Shown here: positions 41,050-51,106 of the stretch, piece after piece | Layout of the letters: each line of letters opens with the position of its first letter | Position numbering within the stretch: position 1 is the first letter of the stretch | Assembly: GCA_028534125.1 (NCBI GenBank) | Contig: CM052817.1 | Span: 25,918,001-25,982,000 of the forward strand | Reading direction: 5' to 3' | DNA length: 64,000 bases | Source of the DNA: Lama glama | Taxonomy: Eukaryota | Notes under the pieces: model-generated | Seen by the model: the letters and a program-made list of their open reading frames with translations, nothing else | What the model was told of the DNA's origin: nothing | Database searches by the model: none | Position numbers and translations under genes: made by a program

Positions 41050-43100
41050 ATTTGCCCTCTCCCCAAAAATGTATGCCCTCTGTATATTTTTTCAGGAAAC
41101 TACTGGAAAATGTGTTTTACCAAAATGAGGGAGTACACAAAGAAGGGGAAGGCATGGGGGTAAAGAAAACAGGCGATCAAGCACAGAAAAAAAGGAAGGG
41201 GAATCCCCAGGTTGCAGCTGTGCAACAGGTGTGGAGGGAAGTGGTCCAGACTGCAGCAGTGTCGCTCAGGAGACAGGCTAGCAAGGGCTGCCATCACCAT
41301 GCCCTCTGGACAAAGCTACTGGGGCATTCACTCCATGACAAGGAGGAAGTGAACCAAGAAAAGCGAAAAAATTAGATTCATATAATGGAATCCAATCAGG
41401 AAAAGGTAAAGGAATTCCTAAGATGTCAGCAAAGGGAAGTCCCAAGAACACAAACAGGCAGAAGGAAGCAGGCCCAGAGCATCAGTAGATAGAGAGAAAC
41501 AAAGGTCTCTGGGAGGGGGGATTCCAGGAAAAAAAGATTGAAACTAATAATAGAGGAGATTGGCCTTGTACCTGCTATTGGCAGGTGTGGGGACTTAGCA
41601 ATAGGTACAAAAGACAGCTAAGCAAATGAAAAACAAAGCAATTATTATTAAACCACTGGAAAAACAAAGAGAGAAATAGATCATAGTATACTATCATTTA
41701 CAATATTCAGCAATAAATAGTATTTATATAAAAAATAATGTAAACTCTAAATATCAACTTAACCAAAATGGTAATTTTTTAACCAACAGAAAACGGTGAT
41801 ATGAGAAACCTAAATCTTTATCTATCATGAAAGGATATCAATAGTTTGAAACTAAGGAATTGAAAGATAATAGTACCTGAATACTATTCATGTACAAATG
41901 TGGAGATATACAAATTCTAGAAGAACAACTACAGAGTTGAAAGTAGGGGAGGGGACTAAGGGGAGTAAATACCTTAATAAAAACAAAAATTAATTTTAAG
42001 AAGATCACACACAAAATACAAAATGATAAAAACACTAAAAATAATATATAGGAGAATACCTTTATAATTTTAGACTGGAGACTACTTTCCTATCCCAGAA
42101 ACCCAAAAGGAAGTGAATAATTTGCACAAAAATGAAAAACTTTTGCACATGTAAATACATTAATATTCTGAAACCAATTGTGGTGATGGTTGCACAACTC
42201 TGAATATACTAAAAACAGTTGAAATGTATATTTTTAGTGAATGGATTGTATAGTGTGGGGATTATATCTCAGTAAAGCTGTTTTTAAAGAGTTAAAGGAC
42301 AAACTGTTAGGAGAAAACATTTGCTGTATATATATATCAGACAAAGGATTTAAAGCTTTATATATAATGAGCTTCCTCTTCTAATTCTTTAGAGAAAGAA
42401 AAAATAGAAACATAAGCAAAGGAGATGAAAAGGCAACTCACAGGAGAGGAAATACAAAGGACCAGTAAGTATATGAAAACATTAGTAATCAGAGAGACCC
42501 AAATGAATGCAAAAGTGAAATGCCATTTTTCTTTACTATATTGACAAAAAAGAGAACGACAGATAATGCCCAACACTGAGGAAAGTGACTCTCATGCACT
42601 AATGATAGGAGCTCAAAAGCATCAACTGCCTTTCTGAAGGGCAGCTGGGAAATATCCATAAACACAGAAAATGCACATATCCTTCAACCCAGCAATTCCA
42701 GTTTTAGCAATATCCTGTAACTCTCACGTATGCAAAGTTATGGACTTGGGGTTGTTAATTGCAGAATTCCTTGCAATATGAGAAATAGAAAAACTTAAAT
42801 GCTTACCAGAATGTAAATAGTTAAATAAATAAGATACAGTGTACCTATGCCGTAGAATATTATGCATCTGTTGAAACACAGTGAGCTAGATCTATGTGTA
42901 CTGATAGAGAAAGAGCTTCAGAAAAAATTATTAAGAGAATAAAGCATGTTGTGCATTGTGTACATGTAATCACATTTATGTTTTTTAAAAATACAGAAAA
43001 TGTGTGTGTGTGTACACTCCAAATGTTAATGAGGGGACTTCAACTTTTTGGCTCCATATTATTTTATTTGCAGTCTTTTAAAACCACCTGTTAATAATTT
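41050..43100 (+). mobile_element. Cluster of old L1M/HAL1-like fragments
   Basis: ggaaactactggaaaatgtg, ggcaactcacaggagagga, cttcaacccagcaattcca, with nested L1 3' tips. Confidence 0.55.
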
Positions 43101-43251
43101 GTTTCTAGTATTTTTTAAAATATGAATTCTAAAAAGAAACAGAAGTCAGATGTTTAGTCAGGTATACTGAATCAGCCTACAGGGGTGGAGATTGAGCATG
43201 TGTATTTCTTAAAACTCAAGAGATGATTCTGATACACAGCAAAAATTGAGA

Positions 43252-43860
43252 CTGTGGAATAGTATGGAAATCCCTCAAAAAATTAAACACAGAATTGCCA
43301 TATGATCCAGCATCTGCACTTCTGGGTATACACTCCAAAGAATTAAAAGCAGGGACTCTAACAGATGTTTATATATTCATATTCATAGCAGCATTATTCA
43401 CAAGAACCAAAAGATAGAAACAACCCAAAAGTTCATCAATGGGTGAATGGTTTAAAAACATGTGGTATAGTCATACGATGGAGTATTATTCAGCTTCAAA
43501 TAGGAATTAAATTTGGACACATGCTACAGACGGATGAACCTTGAGGACATAATGCTAAGTGAAATAAGCCAAACACAAAACAAAATGTATTGTATGATTT
43601 TACTTATATGAGGTACCTTGAGTAGTCAAATTCATATAGACACAGGAAGTAGACTGGTGATTGCTGGGCACCGAGGGGAGGAAGAAATGGGGAGTTATTG
43701 TTTAATGGATATGAGGTTTCAGTTGGGGAAGATGAAAGAATTCTGAAGGTGGATGGTGATGATGATGGCACAACAATGTGAATGTACTTAATACCACTGT
43801 ATGCCTAAAAATAGTTAAAATGGTAACTTTCATGTTATGTGTATTCCACCACAATGAAAA
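43252..43860 (+). mobile_element. L1MB-type 3' end
   Basis: ccatatgatccagca..ctgggtata, atgaaccttgaggacataatgctaagtgaaataagcca, gcacaacaatgtgaatgtacttaatacc. Confidence 0.85.
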
Positions 43861-44321
43861 TGTTTTTAAAGACCCAGAAAAACTACTTTTTCACTTCTTC
43901 CTGTGTGATGCATCTCCATTTATTTCCAGAAATTCAACTATTTATACTCATAATGCCCATATCTATTACCTTCACAAAAGATCTTTCCTCAGACATCTAC
44001 CCACCCATTTGATATCTCATATCTCAAATTCAAAGTGTTTAAAACACCATCTTCTTTTATCTTCTGAATTCTCTATTTCACCCAGTTGTCCAGTCAGAAC
44101 TCTGGGTCACCATTGGCCCCTTCCTCTCCTAAAGTCAGTCTCAACAGCCAATTGATTTTTGAGGCCTTGTTGATATTACCTTCTAACTAGGGTTTTTTTT
44201 TTTCCTTTGAGAAAACTTTGTTGACACTCTAATAGTGGGACTGGTGAGATTATTAATCAGAAGTGTTAAGACAAGACATTTCCTTTATTTTATCTGTTGC
44301 TTTGTGGGCATGGTAATTAGG

Positions 44322-44413
44322 TTTATTTATTTATTATTGGAGGTACTAGGGATTGAACCCAGGACTTCATGCAGGCTAAGCACACACTCTACCACTGAGC
44401 TATACTCTCCCCT
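44322..44413 (-). mobile_element. tRNA-Ala-derived SINE (Vic-1-like)
   Basis: Reverse complement of the same SINE body, with a (TTTA)n tail. Confidence 0.88.
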
Positions 44414-44619
44414 CTGGCTAGTTCTTGAATTTGTCTCTTTCTCTCCATCTAGATTGCTACTACCTTTGTTCAAGATGCATGATTTTTCACTCGGATTAAC
44501 AGAAGAGCCTCTTAACCAGTCTCCCTGGCTCCATCCAGAATTACTCGTTCGCTGCCAGAGTGACCCTCCTAGAATACAGATCTGCTCCTGGCACGCTCCT
44601 GCGGCAGAGAAGGCTAGAT

Positions 44620-44990
44620 AACACCAAAATGTATGCTCTCCCTTCTATAGCATTGTGGATGGATTAGAAAATAGAGAGATTGCCCAACCCACCTTGCATC
44701 TAGAGGTGCCGCAAGGCTAGTTTTCCCCAGTGGAATGTGTTTAGAAATTATGTACATTACTTCCAGGCCAAAGTTTTCCACCTCGACCTACCGAGTGCTG
44801 GGGGTGAGGACCCTGCAAGGCCTTAGGGGCAGCTGAACCACATATATAAGCAGCCCGGGTCTCTGAATCACTGTGGAGAAGAGCCACCTGACAACTGGAA
44901 ACTCCTTCTTCAGACAAGCATGTGACAGATGATCTTCTGTTTGGGCCTTGACTTTGTATTTTGGGGTCTATTTGTACAGTATTAACCTAA
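44620..44990. mobile_element. Old MaLR LTR fragment (MLT1J-like)
   Basis: ccagtggaatgtg..agaa, acttccaggcca, gggtctctgaatcactgtgga, ggggtctatttgtacag. Confidence 0.55.
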
Positions 44991-45640
44991 TTTTCCCACT
45001 TGCTTAAAATATATCCAATGACTGCCTATTTCTTTCAAGGTAAAGCCCAAATTCCAGTAACATGGTTTATGAAGTTGTTTATGACCTGGTCCCTGCCAAT
45101 CTCTGAAAATAGTTTCTTTCCATTCCCCTCTCACTCTTATGACCTGGGTGTCCTGAACCACTCGCCAAACTTTTTCATCTCTGGGACTTCAAATATGCTA
45201 TTCCATCTACGTGGGATAGCCTCCCTCCCACCTTTCCTCTTCCTTCTGGCTAACATCTTGTCACTCTTCATTTTTTAGGACTCAACTAAGAGTTTTCAGG
45301 CATCTCTACTCCAGCCTTTCACCTACATTCCACCTTCCACCTACATGCATATGCACACACACACACTCATATTGCTGGATTATTTATCTCCCGTTATGTG
45401 TTTCTATAAAATTTGTGAATATTGTAATATTCTTGGTTTTAAATTCCAACCTCCAGCAAAATTCATGACCCATAGGAGATACTCAATTAAGATTTGTTGA
45501 AAGAATAGATGAATGATTAGATGATGAATTCTAGCCTCTAATATGTTGGTCTCAAAATCTTCATCTGTAGAATAAAGGGCAATACACCAGGGTTCCAGTT
45601 TCTCCATTCCTCTCCATATCCTCGCCAACACTAGTTATTT

Positions 45641-45641
<1 letters not shown>

Positions 45642-45674
<33 letters not shown>

Positions 45675-45685
45675 TGGTGGTGGTG
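45642..45685. repeat. (GT)n followed by (GGT)n microsatellite
   Basis: Read directly; embedded in an L1 fragment. Confidence 0.9.
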
Positions 45686-45892
45686 TTTGTTTTTTTTTTA
45701 AATAGCCATCCTAATGGATGTGGAATTGTTATTTTTAATCTACATATTCTATGATTTAATCAGCTTAATAAACTTGCCTTGGCAATTATCCATTTCCTTT
45801 GTTTCTTCATATGAAAGCTGAAATAGTTTAATGATAAATCATGGTCAGTAGGAAATAGTACACATTTCAAAACATAGCTTTGCCAATAAACT

Positions 45893-46800
45893 TTTTTAAA
45901 TTAATAGACTTTTCTTGAGCAATTATAGTTACAGAGTTCCCATATACTCCTTTACTCCCACTCCCCACCATTTCACCTATTTTTAACAGGTTGCATTTGT
46001 GCGGTACATTTATTACCATTGATAAGCCAATATTGATACATTATTATTAACTAAAGTTCATAGTTTACACTAAGGTTCTCTCTTTGTATTGTACATACTA
46101 TGGGTTTGGATAAAAATGGATCCACTGATAGAGTATCCTATAGAATAACAGTTTAACTGCCCTAAAAATACCTTGTGGTCCACCTACTCAACCCTTCCTC
46201 TTATCAGAACCTGGCAACCACTGATCTTTTTACAGTTTCCTTTTTACTGTTTCCAGAATATTAAATAGTTTGAATCATACAGTATGTAGCCTTTTCAGAT
46301 TGGCTTCTTTCACTTAGTAATATGCTGTTAAGATTCCTTTTCCTAGCTTGATAGCTCATTTCTTCTCATCACTGAATAGTATTCCATTGGATGGACACAC
46401 CACAGTTTTGTCTATTCATTCACCTAGTAAAGGACATATTGGTTGCTTCCAAGTTTTGGCAATTGTGGGTAAAGCTTCCATAAACATTAATATGTAGGTT
46501 TTTCTGTGGGCATCAGTTTTTAACTCATTTGGGGAAATACCAAGTAGTTTGATTGCTGGATAGTAAAATAAGAATATGTTTTTTAATAAGTTTGTAAGCA
46601 GTTTTGTAAGAAACTTCCAAACTGTCTTCCAAAGTGTCTGTACCTTTTTGCATTCCTACCGAAAATAAAGAAGAGTTCCTGTTGTTCAGCAACCTTGACA
46701 GCATTAGGTGTCATCAGTGTTTTGGATATTGACCATTCTATCAGGTATGTAACAATATCTTATTGTTTTAATTTGCAATTCCCTAATGACATATGATATC
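45893..46800 (-). mobile_element. L1MC-type 3' fragment
   Basis: acattattattaactaaagt, atacagtatgtagccttttcagattggcttctttcacttag, caaactgtcttccaaagtg. Confidence 0.85.
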
Positions 46801-47969
46801 ATTAAAAGTAAAAATATTAAATTAAATATGTAAAATAAAGGAAATAACTATAATCTGTGATTCACCATCCAAATACAATGTGGTAAAATGTGGGTATTTT
46901 CTTATAAGTCTATGTATCGGTTATAGCTTTTATTACATCATTATAATCATAGTGATTATTCAATTTATTGTCTGGAATTTTTTCAGTTAGTTTTTTATCC
47001 TTAACATTTTAATGTTACTACATATTCTTTGAAAATGTTAATGACTCTATCACATTTCATCAAATGGATATTTCATGACTTAGGTAATTATTCCCCTATG
47101 AATAAAGTTTTAAATTATTTCTAATTTCCCTCTGTCATAAATAATACAGCTATACAAATATTTACACATACAGCATTTTATATATTTGGAATTAATTTAT
47201 TATGAAACATGTCTGAAATTATTAGATTAAAAGGCATGGAAAAAATCTATAGTTCATGATATATTGAAAAATTGTTTTCCATGAGTATTGTACAAATTCA
47301 TATTCTAATTAGCAATCTCTTACAATCTCATTAACATTGATTTTCATCACTCATTTTTATTTCTGCTGATTTTGTAAGGGACAAAATTGTATAGTTATTT
47401 TATATGTGTTTTTCATTAGCTATAGAATTACATTTCCTCTTTTGTAAATTTTTTTATTCATGTTGTTTATCCATGTACTTGATTTAGAGTATTTTTCTTA
47501 CTGATTTGCATGAATTACTTATATAATAACAAGTTGGCCTTTTGCCTTCATGTTATGGCCAAAAATTTTTACAAGTTTGTTATTTGCCTTTAAGTTTTTA
47601 ATTTTTTCAGAAATTATAATTATAAATCATTTATATATGATTATATAAACTATATACTTATATAGTTCATATTTACTTCTGTTTTCTTCTAGATTTCTGT
47701 GGCTATATGTATTTTTTAACTGTGGTAAAATATACATACCATAAAAATTATCATCTTCATTTCTGTGGCTATATATTTTTGAAATAAATATATTTGTGAG
47801 GTGTAAATTACTACATTAAAATTTTTTACTTTTAGTAATTATTTCATAATATATACATATAGCAAGTCATTATATTGTACACCTTAAACTAAACAATGTT
47901 ATATGTCAATTATATCTCAATAAACCTGGAAAAATTTTACTTTAAAATAGGGAATTAATTATATCAACT

Positions 47970-49090
47970 CCATTCATTCAACAGACAATGATTAAGCATT
48001 TACTCTGATAAGTGATGATAAAAATTTAGATAAGAGGTATTCTTCCAGTCTAGTAGGGGAGACAATTCCTGGATTATGTGATAAATGTGGTGATAGAGGT
48101 TAAACATCCATATACTATAGGTACATTTATTTCTTCAGCATATACTTTAGTGACTACTAGGCTGCAGGTATTCGATAGGGAACCAAACAGTAATGGCCCC
48201 TGTTTTTAAGCAAGAGAGAGATTACAGTCAAAAGATACAGATAAATTTATTGTGAGATAAGTGTCATAATAGAGAAAGCACAGGCTGCCATGGGACCACA
48301 GAGGAGATCCATCTAAATCAAATCAAATTGGCTTTTTTCCCTCCCTGGCTGCCTGAGGATCAGCCTCCATCATGAACAACACTGTAACTGTCTGGACCAG
48401 GAAGTTCATGACCAAACAACTACTTTAGCAGAAGCAAACAGTCATGGATGTCCTTCACCCTGGGAAGACAATAGTACCCAAGACAGAAATTTGAGAAAAA
48501 CTAGCCAAAATGTACAAAACCACACCAGACGTCATCTTTGTATTTGGATTCAAAACCCATTTTGGCAAGATTTACAATTCCTTAGATTACAACCCCCAAA
48601 ATGAATCCAGATACAGATTTGCAAGATGTGGCCTGTATGAGAAGAAACATATCTCACGAAAACAGCAGAAGGAATGAAGAACAGATGAAGATAAGTCAGC
48701 AAGATTGAGCTGGAGATTGGACAACAGATGGAGTAAAGATTCTGCAGTGACTTTTTCTGCAGCGATTATGCAGATTTTTCATGAGAGAACTAATAAACTA
48801 AAACCTTTTTAAAAATCTAAGTTAAAAAATAAAGGCAAACTGGGGAGTCAGAAAGATTTTCCAGAGGAGGTACTGAAGCTCTGAGGAGCAGGTAGACATG
48901 AGCTAGTTGAAGAGGCGGGAACGCGTCCTATGCAGAGAGCACATGTACCAAAGCACAGGGACGAGAGCAATCAATGTGTCCAGTTTATTAAAAGTTGTTT
49001 GTATGGCTGCAGGGAAGGGAGCTACATGTGGTTAACTGATGAGAACTGAAGTTAAAAATGTAGGCAGGACCAAAACATAGGATTTTATGC
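47970..49090 (-). mobile_element. L2 fragments hosting the RPS24 retrocopy
   Basis: cattcattcaac.. and gctgccatgggaccacagagg on the left resume as ctggggagtcagaaagattttccagaggagg on the right of the pseudogene. Confidence 0.6.
48332..48812 (+). pseudogene. RPS24: RPS24 processed pseudogene
   Basis: 5' oligopyrimidine tract, then ATG 48372 and [67 protein letters not shown]. It is intronless, has in-frame stops and two internal deletions, AATAAA at 48792 and a degraded A-rich tail. Confidence 0.95.
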
Positions 49091-50029
49091 TAAATCTTAG
49101 CATCACTTCCTGAATAAGCATTACCTTTCACATAAAAATAAGAATAATGTTTATTGAGCACTTACTATGTGTCAGTGTCTGTTCTAAGTGCTTTGCATGT
49201 ATTAACTCATTTAATTGTCACAATAATCCATGCAGTTGATAGTATTATTATGCCTAAGAGGAAACTAAGCTGCAGAAGTTCAAAGAACTTGTCCCCAGTC
49301 ACACAGCTGTGTTAAACTAAGGCTGTCTAATCCTAGAGGCCAAACTACTAACCACTCTGCCTCTTATTAGTATGTGGTACTTCAAATATTTAAATTAAAT
49401 TTTTTCAAGGTTATTTGGAGGCTACAGATTCTGTACAATATTCATTTCTATTTATTCTTATTCCAGACAATGCTATGCTCCTTAAATTGTGTGTGTGTGT
49501 TTTTAATATTTTCGTATTTGAAGGTAGTCTACAGCTTCACTATTTTCAGGTTTTTTGTTTTGTTTTGTTTTGTTTTTTGGTAATTATTGCCTGTTTACTC
49601 TTCAAGTGAAATTTCACAATAGTTCTATTGAAGTAAATTTTGGAATTAGAGGACTTTGGTGAAAAGTACTTTAAATTGGAAAGTATTCAGTGTTTCCACC
49701 CAGAAAATGCTATATACTTTTCCATACTTCTTTTTTAATTTATCAATACATTTTAATAATTTTCTTAAAATAGATTTAATTTAATTAGATTTTTCTTAGA
49801 TGTGTTATAATTTTTGTGCAAGTGTAATATCTTACTGTTTTCTAATTCTTTATTATTGGCTTACAGGAATATTATTTATTTGTACATAGATTGTTTTTCC
49901 TGAAATGTGAAAATAAAATTACCACTTAAAAACTACAAAAATAGAAAAAGGGTTATACTTTGTTCAATTACGTTCAAAATATTCAGAAAAACTTGGATCA
50001 ATATGAAAGGCTACAAAGAAATTATAGCA

Positions 50030-50281
50030 TTTTATTCATTGTTTATATATGTTTAAGTTACACATTCAAACTGTTGTCACTGATGCATTTTCATGTAATT
50101 TTTCCAATAATAAGAGCGAAGGAAACGTGTTGGTAAGTGTAATAGAGCCACCTCCCTCAAATTACGTTGCTCTCCATGACCCATCCTAAGGCTCACAGTT
50201 CAAGCTAATCATTGACAGAGCTTTACAATCACAAGCTTTTTTACTGAAGCGTTGATAAGACAGTCGAGCAGTTAGTGGCAA
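50030..50281 (+). promoter_or_regulatory. Putative CpG-poor KLB proximal promoter / 5' UTR
   Basis: Directly upstream of exon 1. It has FOX-like TGTTTAT (50040), DR1-like GGCTCAcAGTTCA (50190-50202), HNF1-like GCTAATCATTGAC (50204-50216) and GATA TGATAA (50253). These are motif matches only. Confidence 0.5.
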
Positions 50282-50305
50282 ATGAAGCCAGGCTGTGCGG
50301 CATGA
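50282..50305 (+). other. 7-codon uORF MKPGCAA*, the remnant of the human-annotated KLB start
   Basis: ATG AAG CCA GGC TGT GCG GCA TGA, in frame with the KLB exon. The same frame continues [22 protein letters not shown]. Confidence 0.85.
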
Positions 50306-50368
50306 TCTCCAGGGAATGAATGGATTTTCTTCAGCACCGATGAGAGAAACATACGCTATAGGAAAACA

Positions 50369-51106
50369 ATGTCCAGCGGGGGACTGCAAAGATCTGTCAT
50401 CCTGTCAGCGTTTATTCTCCTACGAGCTGTTACTGGATTCTCTGGGGACGGAAGAGCTATATGGTCTAGAAATTCTAATTTTAGTCCGGTAAATGAAAGT
50501 CAGCTGTTTCTCTATGACACTTTTCCTAAAAACTTTTTCTGGGGCGTTGGGACTGGAGCTTTTCAAGTGGAAGGGAATTGGAAGACAGACGGGAAAGGAC
50601 CCTCTATATGGGATCATTTCATCCATACACACCTTAAAAATGTCAACAGCATGAATAGCTCCAGTGACAGTTACATTTTTCTGGAAAAAGACTTATCAGC
50701 CCTGGATTTTATAGGCGTTTCTTTTTATCAGTTTTCGATTTCCTGGCCAAGGCTTTTCCCTGATGGAATAGTATCTGTTGTCAATGCAAAAGGTCTCCAG
50801 TACTATAACACTCTTCTCAACGCTCTAATACTTAGAAACGTGGAACCTATAGTTACTTTATACCATTGGGATTTGCCTTTGGCACTACAAGAAAAATATG
50901 GGGGGTGGAAAAATGAAACCATAATAGATATCTTCAATGACTATGCCACATACTGTTTCCAGACATTTGGGGATCGTGTCAAATATTGGATTACAATTCA
51001 CAACCCATATCTAGTTGCTTGGCATGGATATGGGACAGGTATCCATGCCCCTGGAGAGAAGGGAAATTTAGCAGCTGTCTACACCGTGGGACACAATCTA
51101 ATCAAG
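50369..51106 (+). CDS. KLB: Beta-klotho coding exon 1: signal peptide plus the first part of GH1-like domain KL1, starting at the Met30-equivalent ATG
   Basis: Translates [23 protein letters not shown]...[18 protein letters not shown]...TLYHWDLP...YWITIHNP...GHNLIK, ending at donor AAG|gtactg (51107). HNP in place of the GH1 NEP acid/base motif is characteristic of the klotho family. Confidence 0.96.

Noticed and set aside
40614..44621. ORFs of 100-140 aa in the intergenic region
   Set aside because: They lie in L1/L2/SINE remnants and have compositionally biased translations.
50303..50308. Selenocysteine or programmed readthrough at the KLB TGA
   Set aside because: The position is Gly in human as I recall, the context TGA-TCT is not the UGA-CUAG readthrough motif, and no SECIS can be assessed in this window.
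50369..51106. KLB as an active beta-glucosidase, or as a full pseudogene
   Set aside because: The HNP-for-NEP change is normal for klotho proteins, and 246 codons are intact with a good donor, so there is no sign of decay beyond the upstream stop.
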